From NCBI GenBank assembly GCA_963666285.1, contig OY762711.1: 64,000 nt of DNA. One strand, given 5' to 3'. A program made the translations under genes and the position numbers. Positions 19,259-28,065 of this stretch are shown here, piece by piece. The notes under the pieces are model-generated. The model saw only the letters and a program-made list of their open reading frames with translations. It was not told where the DNA came from and searched no databases. Numbering within the stretch: position 1 is the stretch's first letter; the number at the start of each line of letters is the position of its first letter. The DNA comes from Sedimentisphaerales bacterium. GTDB lineage: Bacteria; Planctomycetota; Phycisphaerae; Sedimentisphaerales; SM23-30.

Positions 19259-19314
19259 GGTATTTGATATTAGGTATTAGGTATTAGGTATTAGGTATTA
19301 GGTATTAGGTATTA
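19259..19314 (+). repeat. tandem heptamer array (GGTATTA)x8, 6 perfect units
   Basis: Seen directly: GGTATTT GATATTA followed by 6 x GGTATTA. The array ends 10 nt from the permease start codon and is followed by GGGGCGGTATCGCC, the anchor motif on the opposite strand. Confidence 0.95.
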
Positions 19315-19515
19315 GGGGCGGTATCGCCTATCGGCAAGACTAATCTGATATAGCCCCGCAAACTAATTATATTAGTACGCTTTTATGTATCGGTACGCTG
19401 CTAAAATTAAATCCAATTTGGGGTCAGAATGTGCCCGTGGCAGAATATATATCTTCTGACTGAGATTATACGATGGGTGGCCGGGTTGGTTCTGTATTAA
19501 TTAGAATGGAGTAAA

Positions 19516-19921
19516 ATTGTGTGCAAGAAGTTGAAATATTTTGGCTGATTTTGGATTTGGTGGTACCAAAGTCGATTTTACGGCGTTAAACGCCGGGCAA
19601 TTGCGGGCAACGGAGGCCGCGCGGAGGCTTACGGCGGGCTGAGAACGAGCGCGGAGGGGGCGCGGAAGGGGGTATGAAATAAAGATTAAAAGGCGTTTGT
19701 TAACCTGGAAATTGAGATTGGAAATTTGTGGGCAGACCAGACAGGTGCCGTGAAACGGCACCTAAAGGATGAGGTATGAAGGATGAAGGATGAAGGATGA
19801 AAAAAAAATGTGAAATTGAGGTTGAAAAGTTAGGAGAGAGAAGCTTCGCTAGATGAAAAATGAATAATAGAAGTGAAGAATTGAGGTGTTCGCCTGGCGG
19901 CTCACGGCTTGTTTTAAAGCT
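19516..19921 (+). repeat. repeat copy B, the uninterrupted paralogue ('empty site') of copy A
   Basis: It reads the GC-rich core, then the hairpin AGGTGCCGTGAAACGGCACCT, then AAAGGATGAGGTATGA-AGGATGAAGGATGAAGGATGAAAAAAAAATG without the 719-nt insertion. Confidence 0.9.
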
Positions 19922-20195
19922 AACGCGTAGGTAAAGTTCAATCAAAATGCGGCACCTGAAGTATGAGAAGAGTTAGGTTTCGTATTTCGATCAGGACATG
20001 AGTAACGGTTTACCTATCTTGACTCTATTTTCATCTTTATCGATCTGAATATTATTTCAGTTATCACTCCACAGAAACCTCCCATAAAAGCTGAATTGAA
20101 CAATAAAAAAAATAGAAAGGCGATGGAATTGTGTTTCATACTGTCATATGGTATAAACCAAGCAAGCGGATAGTTAAAAATAGAAAATCCTATTT

Positions 20196-20348
20196 CTAAT
20201 ATTGTATTAATGCGTTCTGGATGGTGTTAAGCGGTAAAAAAGATGTAATTAACGGAAAAATAAAACAAATAATTATTCCTATTATGCTACCAATATAACA
20301 TGAAGTTAAATCAATTTTTACTTTTATTGTAAAATAGCGTTTCTTCAT
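20196..20348 (-). CDS. possible 50-aa hydrophobic peptide (below the ORF-track cutoff)
   Basis: My own translation is MKKRYFTIKVKIDLTSCYIGSIIGIIICFIFPLITSFLPLNTIQNALIQY. GGAG lies 7 nt upstream of the ATG. The ORF sits in an AT-rich island. Confidence 0.3.
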   Translation of the reverse strand: MKKRYFTIKVKIDLTSCYIGSIIGIIICFIFPLITSFLPLNTIQNALIQY

Positions 20349-20699
20349 AAATTATCTCCAAAAACAGGTATAATATTTGTTAATATCATCTGCTAAGATT
20401 TATTGAATATATTAGAAAGTACTATTGATCTTTTTTACGTAAAAAATATTTTTTACATTTACAACAACCATACCAGATTTAATGTAATCATAAAATCAGT
20501 TAAAACTTCTATGGTTTTATCTTTATCAGGCGGTTTTCATAGTCATAGAAGTATTCGTATCCCCTATGATCTATAACCATGTTTTCAGCATTATCATAAA
20601 CACATTCAATTGTGCTTGAACTATTATTGGATAGATCGTATTAATTTGTTATCTGGACATCGGCTGATAATCTAAGCAGGCACATGAAAACAACGCATC

Positions 20700-22247
20700 C
20701 TATTTAATCTCTTCCATTTTTTCGATCTTGAAAAATGACTGTGTTACTTTATAGGCATCAAGCGGGTTGCCATCTATGACAGTAGAAGTAATATAAGCAG
20801 GACATTGGCTCTGGTGCGGCCTGGTAGCATCGATTGTATACCAATTATCATTTATCCATACCTGGGTCCAGGCATGGCCGTAAAAGGCATTCTTAACCGT
20901 AGCAAACTCGTCGACATAGAAATAACCAATCGCTACCCTGGCCGGTATCCCTGCAGACAGGCACATTCCCGCAGTTAAAACCGCATGCTCGGTGCAGTCA
21001 CCAGATTTGTTTTTAGCTATATCGAGAGCAGAAGCCCAACCTGTGCTGAGATTTTTATTGTTAATATATCCATGCACAAAGGCTTCGATTTTTTTAGCTG
21101 CTTTCCACGCATCTCTTTCATCTCCTACAGCTTCCAAGGAAAGTTTCCTGATGGCCGGATCATTATATTTGAGCCAGATATTATTAGGATTGAAACATTT
21201 TTCGGCCTGCAGATATTTATGCAAGGATGCATGAGTGTTATCATTAGATTTTTTAAATGCAAGTGATGGATCAATTTCAAAAATATCTGTCGGCAGCTGC
21301 TGACTGACCGGCGGCTGATAGGGCCTGACCTCAATGGTACATTCGTCATTTAATTGTTTGGCAATTACCTGATGATCGTCCTGATAGAAATCAACATCAG
21401 CTTTAGCAAATTTCAAATGGTAACGCATAGCTTTGGCCCTGGTCGGGTCTGGTGAATCAGCAGGGGCTTTGATCGAAACATCGGCGAGGATCTCAGCGAC
21501 ACCTTCATTGGCAAGAGCTTCTTCCATTTCGGCGACGATAAACTGGAACTTCAACCCCATCATTTCGATCGAAGATATCACATCATTACCATCTTCATCA
21601 ATATAGGAGACAGTCTCGATAGCTGTTCCTTTGAGGGTAAGAATAGTAGTACATTTGTACAGCGATTCATCGTAACCGGGCAGGTTAGTCTTATCACCGA
21701 TCACAACCTTGTAATCGACTTCCGACATATCGCCAGGCGAAAAAGCTGTGCCGGTAACGGTAACACCCGGAACAATACCATCCTTCATTGCTTCCTGCAT
21801 GAGCAGTTCTGCTGGCTGGACCTTGTCAGATATTTCCATCTCAAACTTGTTAGTACTGCCACTGATAGCCTGAAGAATATCATACTTGCCCTGCAGGTTG
21901 AGACTGCCATCAACCTTAACTACCGCCGGACCAAACTCCATAGATGAATTGAAACCGCTGAGTTTATATTTAGAAGCCTGGCTGTCCCATTTGAACTCGG
22001 TAGCTTCGGATACTGCTGCGGTAATCTTTGCACCGGCCCGACCGATATTGAGTTTGACGAATTCGCGAGACTTGACAAACTCCGGTGAAGTTTCGCTTAC
22101 GTGATGAATATAGCCGGCTTTCTGGTCGTTGAGCATAACCTTAAACCATTGATCGGCAGTTTCTTCCGGCAGCTGTTCAACAGCAGCAACCGCAGTTGCA
22201 AACATAACCAATATTAGAGATGATAATAATTTTTGTCGAGTAGGCAT
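20700..22247 (-). CDS. secreted transglutaminase-like cysteine protease-fold protein. Coordinates use the intron-internal ATG; the spliced form would be join(22957..22954,22234..20700).
   Basis: The Cys-His-Asp transglutaminase core is present (SGDCTEHAVLTAGMC...GHAWTQVW...IDAT). The N-terminal signal peptide is either MPTRQKLLSSLILVMFATAVAAV (unspliced) or MKKLLSSLILVMFATAVAAV (spliced). Confidence 0.8.
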   Translation of the reverse strand: MPTRQKLLSSLILVMFATAVAAVEQLPEETADQWFKVMLNDQKAGYIHHVSETSPEFVKSREFVKLNIGRAGAKITAAVSEATEFKWDSQASKYKLSGFNSSMEFGPAVVKVDGSLNLQGKYDILQAISGSTNKFEMEISDKVQPAELLMQEAMKDGIVPGVTVTGTAFSPGDMSEVDYKVVIGDKTNLPGYDESLYKCTTILTLKGTAIETVSYIDEDGNDVISSIEMMGLKFQFIVAEMEEALANEGVAEILADVSIKAPADSPDPTRAKAMRYHLKFAKADVDFYQDDHQVIAKQLNDECTIEVRPYQPPVSQQLPTDIFEIDPSLAFKKSNDNTHASLHKYLQAEKCFNPNNIWLKYNDPAIRKLSLEAVGDERDAWKAAKKIEAFVHGYINNKNLSTGWASALDIAKNKSGDCTEHAVLTAGMCLSAGIPARVAIGYFYVDEFATVKNAFYGHAWTQVWINDNWYTIDATRPHQSQCPAYITSTVIDGNPLDAYKVTQSFFKIEKMEEIK

Positions 22248-22953
22248 GTCGCCTCCTTTCATTAATTTAACAAATTCTGAGTTTCATTATATTTTGTGCA
22301 AGGAAACGCATGCCCCTCACTGAACCGGACTTGAAGATTTCCCTCATCCGGCTCTTCATTAATGCTCACTTTGACGGCTACATAAGGCAAAGTAATGTGC
22401 CTTGTAGAAGTCTCCGATAGAAGACGCTGTGGAACGTTCATGGTTTCTTCCAGTTCAGTGCCTGGCCAATATCCTGTTTCGCCTTTACACATTAATGCTG
22501 ACCCCTTCGAGTGCCTCAAACTTCGAAACTCAACAGGCATTACCCTGTTTACTCCTCTACTATGAGTCAGTCCGACTACCAAAATGCCATACGGCCGCGT
22601 CACGGTTTCAGCTCCTTGGCCGCTTCCTTTCGGAGCACTTCGGTTCTCCCAAGTTCCAATGCAGTCAGTTCGTTTGCCCGCTACGGACTCAGACCCCGGC
22701 TCGTCGATAGATGCTCGCCGTATTTCGCATATATCGATATTGGCTTCAGGCATATGAAAACCCTGGCCCGGATGCGATAAGGAATAATTTCGGGGCTCAA
22801 CACCTTCACTTGCGTTGTGGCTGACAAACTCCTTTCCCGGGGCTTCGTACAGTTCGTTACCTCTCTGCACGCCCGGTGCTGTAATGGGCGGGTGGCTAGC
22901 CCTTACCCATGCCGGATTGGCCGGCTTGACTACATTAGCTTCGCTTGGCGCTC
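22235..22953 (-). mobile_element. ORF-less group II intron, copy 2 (inside codon 2 of the transglutaminase-like gene)
   Basis: The same 719-nt element as 15082-15800, with domain V at 22354..22322. Both copies share the 5' exon flank TATGA and the first 3' exon base A. Confidence 0.8.
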
Positions 22954-23057
22954 TCATAATGATATACCTTTGGCTGTATTAGTAAACTTTTGCCGTTTTT
23001 AAGTTGCAAAAACAGCGAAAGTTAACGTGTATATTTCAGAGAGCAATACAGCATTTG

Positions 23058-23086
23058 ATTATATGCGATGAGATATGTTTCTGCAA
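23058..23086 (-). promoter_or_regulatory. sigma-70-like promoter TTGCAG-17 nt-TATAAT
   Basis: On the minus strand, TTGCAG is at 23086..23081 and TATAAT at 23063..23058, about 100 nt upstream of the exon-1 ATG (22957). Confidence 0.5.
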
Positions 23087-23121
23087 GATAAGAGATATAG
23101 GCTGGGCGGTCGGAAATGATT

Positions 23122-24210
23122 TTATTTTCTTCTAACTGAAGAAGCCAGTTTCCCGCAGAATTGCCTGAACTGCAACTCAACTTCACCGGTAGGTTCAGTA
23201 ATATACGATTGGAACAGTTCATACCCGGCCCTGGCACTCCAAAGCCTGGTCTGCGAATAGAGTTCATGTGCATCGCGCAGTTCGGCTGATAATTGCAGGT
23301 TACCGGAAACGGCATCGCTATAGATAGCGGTGTAACCCTTGCGATATATGCCGTATTCATATTCGAACATAAACCTGGCCAAAGCGTAGAGGTGGGCATA
23401 ATAAGAAGATATAATAAGCTCTTTTTGCTGGTCAGATATATTGGACATTGTATCTAAAATCGAACCGGGATCTGACCGGACCAGTTTAGATATCGGGAAT
23501 GATATACCTGCCTGCATGGTACGTTTCAGGTCCCAAAGCCTGTTGAGATTGTGGCGGGGAGAAAATTTTAGTCCGTCTGAATCCCAGATGAAAGATTCAA
23601 GATACACCGCCGACGATTCCGCGAGCCAGCTCGGCAATGTGTCGGCCATATTCAACCCGCAATACTGATGCCAGGCTTCATGGGTAAGAACGGAAAAATC
23701 TGCGGCACGATTGATCTGCCAGGCTACGCAGACATCCTGATAGCAATATGCCCCGGAATGAATTTTTTCGAAGGTAGATGCCTGCCGTCCGGAAAAATGT
23801 TTTGTAAAGGAGAGCCACTGGTCACGATTTTTAAAGTAATATATCGTACCGACCTGCTCATTTTTGACCGGGGCATACAGCTTAAAATTCTGATATGCAG
23901 ATTCCAGCAGCATAGGAAGCCGTCGAAGAATGAGGCGGTCGGTCGAAGTTGTATGGATGGTATAATGCGCAGTAACAATAGTCAGAGCGTCATAAGAAAT
24001 ATCATCAAAGGCGATATTCGACTTTTCAACTGAACGAACGGTAGGCAGCAAACGAATCATTTCCAAGCGATCGGTCGAATCGGGCCGGAGGGATTTTGTG
24101 GAAGGTAAGCAGCCGCAAATGATCATTAACGGCAGCAACAAAAAGAAAATGCCGAATTGCAGATATCCCATGATATTTGAGCATCTCATCAATTCACTAT
24201 TCTTCTTCAT
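23122..24210 (-). CDS. putative zinc metallopeptidase lipoprotein (HExxH)
   Basis: LTHEAWHQY contains the HExxH motif. The N-terminal signal ends in a lipobox-like LMIICGC. From memory it resembles planctomycete DUF1570-type proteins; that assignment is low confidence. Confidence 0.5.
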   Translation of the reverse strand: MKKNSELMRCSNIMGYLQFGIFFLLLPLMIICGCLPSTKSLRPDSTDRLEMIRLLPTVRSVEKSNIAFDDISYDALTIVTAHYTIHTTSTDRLILRRLPMLLESAYQNFKLYAPVKNEQVGTIYYFKNRDQWLSFTKHFSGRQASTFEKIHSGAYCYQDVCVAWQINRAADFSVLTHEAWHQYCGLNMADTLPSWLAESSAVYLESFIWDSDGLKFSPRHNLNRLWDLKRTMQAGISFPISKLVRSDPGSILDTMSNISDQQKELIISSYYAHLYALARFMFEYEYGIYRKGYTAIYSDAVSGNLQLSAELRDAHELYSQTRLWSARAGYELFQSYITEPTGEVELQFRQFCGKLASSVRRK

Positions 24211-24475
24211 CGTCCTGGTTATTCTGCCCGGCTTCTATAACAGGAATCATATCGAGCTTGAGTTTTTCTATCTTTTCACGTAACTGCTGCGGGCTGGTAA
24301 TCTGGGAATTGACCCTTATCTCCAGCTGGGCAATTTCCTTTTCCAGCCGCTTCTGTTCTTCCTGGAGAAGTATCATTTTGTTTACTGCCTGAATATGTAC
24401 AGTCTGCAGATGGACCATAAACAGGCCAATTGCAGTTGCCAGCAGTATCAGGTAGATTATTTTTCTGCTATCCAT
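24197..24475 (-). CDS. FtsL/DivIC-like small bitopic coiled-coil protein
   Basis: The 92-aa protein has one transmembrane segment (IIYLILLATAIGLFMV) followed by a coiled coil (LLQEEQKRLEKEIAQLEIRV). Its position is downstream of rsmH. Confidence 0.5.
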   Translation of the reverse strand: MDSRKIIYLILLATAIGLFMVHLQTVHIQAVNKMILLQEEQKRLEKEIAQLEIRVNSQITSPQQLREKIEKLKLDMIPVIEAGQNNQDDEEE

Positions 24476-24606
24476 CTTTCCTGGTTTGGTAATAACTCAA
24501 ACTGACCAATGGCCGTTTTGAGAAGACTTAAAAATTCAACAGGCATCCTTAAAAAAAGCCTGAAGAAAAGCTTCAGGCTGATTAAGAATTTGTTATGAAG
24601 TTTGTA

Positions 24607-25536
24607 TTAGTTTGGCAGTTTTATCTTCATGCCCGGCCTTAGAGTGTTTTCGTCACTAAGTATCCTGGCATTCAATTTTGTGATCTCATGATACCTGGCA
24701 CCATTGCCCAGCTCCTTAGCGGCAATCTTCCAGAGAGAATCATCTTCTTTAACAACATAGATTTTGTATTTTTCGCTGTTATTGCTCCTGGCAGCAGTAC
24801 CGGCCGCAGCTGAATATCCGGCAGGCTGACTGACTTCTACACCCGGCAATGACGGGATATTCAGTCTTTGACCAACTTTCAGGTCAGACATAGAAGAGAG
24901 TATATCTTTATTGGCTTCAAAGATCTTTTCGATATTGGCAAGCTTGTTGCCTTCGTTTTTGCCATAATATTTGATTGCTATTTTAGTAAGATTGTCACCC
25001 TTGGCAACGGTATGAATTACTTTTTTAGCCTTAACAGCAGGTTTAGTATTTTCTGCCGGTTTTGGAGTATTGATATTATTTTGAATTGCATTATTTTGAA
25101 CACGATCAGTATTCAAGGCATCATTCATTGAATTGATAGCCCTTTGAACCTGTCCGGTAGGAGGAGTTGTTCTGATACTGGTTCCAATGTCAGTACTGCC
25201 CGGCAAAGACTGGCGATACCGAATTGTGCCGGTTGCCCCCGGCGCCGATGAATGATCATTATTCACCTGGCTGACACTACCTGCCTGGCCGCCGGCATTT
25301 GCCGGAGCAGCAGATTGCGCCTGGTTTGGCTGACGGGCAGGCTGCGGACGATCGTCAGCAAGTGCCTGAACCGCAGAAGATAGGTTATTGTTGGTAATTG
25401 GAGATTCATCAACAACCATGATATCATCTGTAGCTGTGTTGTTACCGTCCTGGTGAACACTTCGCAAAATCACAGCGAGCGCTACGATAAATACCAGACT
25501 GAATAATAAACCGATTTTAGCTTCCTTGCTCATCAT
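24607..25536 (-). CDS. membrane-anchored protein with two LysM domains
   Basis: An N-terminal transmembrane segment is followed by a low-complexity linker. Two LysM-like modules are present (HTVAKGDNLTKIAIKYYG... and YVVKEDDSLWKIAAKELGNGARYHEITKLN...). Confidence 0.75.
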   Translation of the reverse strand: MMSKEAKIGLLFSLVFIVALAVILRSVHQDGNNTATDDIMVVDESPITNNNLSSAVQALADDRPQPARQPNQAQSAAPANAGGQAGSVSQVNNDHSSAPGATGTIRYRQSLPGSTDIGTSIRTTPPTGQVQRAINSMNDALNTDRVQNNAIQNNINTPKPAENTKPAVKAKKVIHTVAKGDNLTKIAIKYYGKNEGNKLANIEKIFEANKDILSSMSDLKVGQRLNIPSLPGVEVSQPAGYSAAAGTAARSNNSEKYKIYVVKEDDSLWKIAAKELGNGARYHEITKLNARILSDENTLRPGMKIKLPN

Positions 25537-25602
25537 ATCAAACTACCTTTGGTCCTGAAAACATTTGACCAACGGCCAAATACTACCTTAAAATAATTTT
25601 GC

Positions 25603-26616
25603 CTAAAGTTCCTGTTGCTTTCTCGCTACCCGCAATTTAGCACTGCGGCTGCGATCATTTAAAGCTATTTCAGCTTCATTAGCAGTTATCGGTTTTTTTG
25701 TTAAAATATCATAAATATTATTGGTTTTATTTTCGCGAAAATTATATTTCACGATTCTATCTTCCAAACTATGGAAACTTATGATTGCTATCATACCGCT
25801 GGGCGCGAGCAGCTCCGGCGCTGCATTGAGCAGTTTTTCCAGCTGGCCCAGCTCATCATTCACAGCGATCCGCAAAGCCTGGAATGTCCTGGTGGCCGGA
25901 TGAATAGGTTTACGCCTGTGATGCTTTGATCTGGGCGGAAACCCAATAGCCTTTACGATCAGTTCAGCGAGCTGACCGGTAGTTTCTATTTTTTTCTTTC
26001 TGCGGGCCTCTACAACAGCAGAAGCAATCCGGCGGCTCTTTCGCTCTTCGCCATACTGATAGATCAGATCTGCAAGTTCTTTTTCCCTGGTCTGATTGAT
26101 GATATCAGCGGCGGTAGTCTGAGATCCGGAATAAGGCAGCGAATCATCGCCGGCCAGCCGCATATCAAGTGGGCCATCCTTCATGAAACTTATGCCGCGG
26201 TCGGCATCGGCTATCTGGGCCGAGCAAAAGCCCAGGTCAGCCAGTATCACATTGGCCGATCCAAAATTTTCATCTTTTGAAAGAGCTGCTATATCCCCAA
26301 AGTTGCAGCGAAATGTGCGAGTTTTGCATTGCACAGATTTGAGATTCTCGCGTGCAACAGTAAGAGAATCGCTATCAACATCCAATCCAATAATTGTACC
26401 ATCAGGGCCAAGCCTTTGGCCGAGGGCAACGGAATGACCGGCCTGGCCAAGAGTACAATCAATAATTGTTCCATTTTCAGGAAACTGAAGAATATCCAGT
26501 ATAGGCTCCAGCAGGACAGGTATATGGCCGGCCTGGTAATTATCATTTTCTGAATCCGATCCTTGCGAACCAGATACCGAGTCCGGACTATATTCGTAAG
26601 GTGGATTTTTTGCCAC
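25603..26616 (-). CDS. rsmH: 16S rRNA (cytosine1402-N4)-methyltransferase
   Basis: HIPVLLEPILD, DCTLGQAGHS, ADLGFCSAQ, ISFHSLEDRIVK and the C-terminal NDRSRSAKLR are present, with synteny next to mraZ. Confidence 0.9.
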   Translation of the reverse strand: MAKNPPYEYSPDSVSGSQGSDSENDNYQAGHIPVLLEPILDILQFPENGTIIDCTLGQAGHSVALGQRLGPDGTIIGLDVDSDSLTVARENLKSVQCKTRTFRCNFGDIAALSKDENFGSANVILADLGFCSAQIADADRGISFMKDGPLDMRLAGDDSLPYSGSQTTAADIINQTREKELADLIYQYGEERKSRRIASAVVEARRKKKIETTGQLAELIVKAIGFPPRSKHHRRKPIHPATRTFQALRIAVNDELGQLEKLLNAAPELLAPSGMIAIISFHSLEDRIVKYNFRENKTNNIYDILTKKPITANEAEIALNDRSRSAKLRVARKQQEL

Positions 26617-26860
26617 GATCAGACCGCTGCTTTACTTCCTGAACTTCAGTTCCGGGGTGCGACGAACTGTTATCAATACTATTAATAACATCGTTCATAT
26701 ACGGTGAAAAATCAACTTCACGAAAATTACCGCCGAAACTTCGAACTTTTCTAAGTTTCTCCTGCAGCCTTGAAACGTATTCTTTTAATTCCTGGTTTAT
26801 AGTTTCGTTTTCAATTGCTTCCTGCAACTGATCAATTTTATTGATTTTTTTATCTTCCAT
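26588..26860 (-). CDS. hypothetical small coiled-coil protein
   Basis: A 90-aa ORF lies between mraZ and rsmH. It has heptad-like, charged sequence and overlaps the annotated rsmH start by 29 nt. Confidence 0.35.
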   Translation of the reverse strand: MEDKKINKIDQLQEAIENETINQELKEYVSRLQEKLRKVRSFGGNFREVDFSPYMNDVINSIDNSSSHPGTEVQEVKQRSDRGKKSTLRI

Positions 26861-26975
26861 GTCAAGCCTGCCGGTCGCTATTTGAATATCATTTAAACAT
26901 AAATAACAGCTGCAGGTTGGCCTCCCTGCCTTCCTGTTACTGTCTGTATGCTATTGTGTCCCCAGTAATCAAAGA

Positions 26976-27452
26976 TTACCTGGACTGCTCCTGCCGCAAT
27001 AGCTCTACTCTGGCGTCCATAAGCATTTTTTCGTGAGATGCCATATTTTGTTCCACAAAACGCTCCCACCGCTCAGGCTGCCATATTTCCAAATGATCCC
27101 TGGAACCAGTCAGCGTCACCCTTTCGGATTCGGATAGTCCGGCACGACTAAGTGCTTTTTCGGGAAGTAGCACTCGTCCCTGCCGATCCAGCTCAACCTT
27201 GCCGGCCAGAGCAAAATTGACACGCTCGAAGGCGATCAACTCGTCTGGGGCCGCCGTCCCTGGGGCCACGACAAGGGCGATGCGCTGATAATACTTCTCA
27301 GGGTATAAGCTTAATATCCTGTTAGCACCGGGCACCAGGTAGAAACCTGTACCCAGATCCTCATCAGGAATCTGATCGCGAACCTTGGCCGGTATAGCAA
27401 GACGGTTCTTGCTATCGAGAGAAAGTTCAAATTCTCCGGTCAATAGCATCAT
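26976..27452 (-). CDS. mraZ: transcriptional regulator MraZ
   Basis: Two SpoVT/AbrB-like repeats are present (LDSKNRLAIPAKVR and LDRQGRVLLPEKAL). The gene is first in the dcw cluster. Confidence 0.9.
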   Translation of the reverse strand: MMLLTGEFELSLDSKNRLAIPAKVRDQIPDEDLGTGFYLVPGANRILSLYPEKYYQRIALVVAPGTAAPDELIAFERVNFALAGKVELDRQGRVLLPEKALSRAGLSESERVTLTGSRDHLEIWQPERWERFVEQNMASHEKMLMDARVELLRQEQSR

Positions 27453-27597
27453 AATTCATCATTTTGGCATCTTATAAACGTTCAACAGCCAAAAATCCTT
27501 TTTCAGGCTATAAAACGCAGACATAACCAAATAATAATGCAGAAATTCGCAATTAATAAGCTTAGTTGAATTAACTAGTACTGATAGCGGCACCAGC

Positions 27598-27632
27598 CAC
27601 CACCAACACCCATAATCTACCACATTATCCCA
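27598..27632 (-). promoter_or_regulatory. candidate MraZ operator: four TGGNN boxes with exact 10-nt phasing
   Basis: The minus strand reads TGGGA-N5-TGGTA-N5-TGGGT-N5-TGGTG. The + strand complements are at 27628-32, 27618-22, 27608-12 and 27598-602. The array lies ~150-180 nt upstream of mraZ. Confidence 0.6.
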
Positions 27633-28065
27633 CACAAAACAAAAGAAAATTAAAGAATTTTTTCTATTCTAACGACAATCTTGCCGGGCTTCAATATATT
27701 GAATAAACCCATAAGTAAAAGCACAATATATAGAATGGGGCATTGTGGGGAATTTTTAACACTTATCAGACTTTTAGAAAATTATCGGTCTGTTTTATGT
27801 TAATTATTAACAACCTGATTTTCTATAAATCCTGAAATTGGGGCTTTTAATACTGTTAACTGGTTTTATACTATTACTTTACCAGCTTTTCCACAAGTTT
27901 TCCACAGATGTAATTTTTTATTAACAGTCTGGGCAGTCCCAGAGCACCACTCCGCCACACCACCGCCCCACAAGCTAAGAAAAAAGACAAAGCCCAATTG
28001 TAGTCCGCCAACCAAGTTGGCCAACTTCGCCAAAAGATGGCCAACACCATCCGCGCGTACATTAA

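Noticed and set aside
19259-19314. CRISPR array interpretation of the tandem repeats
   Set aside because: The units are 7 nt and contiguous, with no spacers. No cas genes are in the window.
23022-23399. 125-aa minus-strand ORF overlapping the HExxH lipoprotein gene end
   Set aside because: It lies in an alternative frame of a longer, motif-bearing ORF. It also runs over the predicted promoter and terminator region of the neighbouring gene.
27590-27910. Chromosomal replication origin
   Set aside because: There are only two good DnaA-like boxes. No dnaA/dnaN neighbourhood and no obvious AT-rich 13-mer-type unwinding element are present. The nearby TGGNN boxes are better explained as the MraZ operator.
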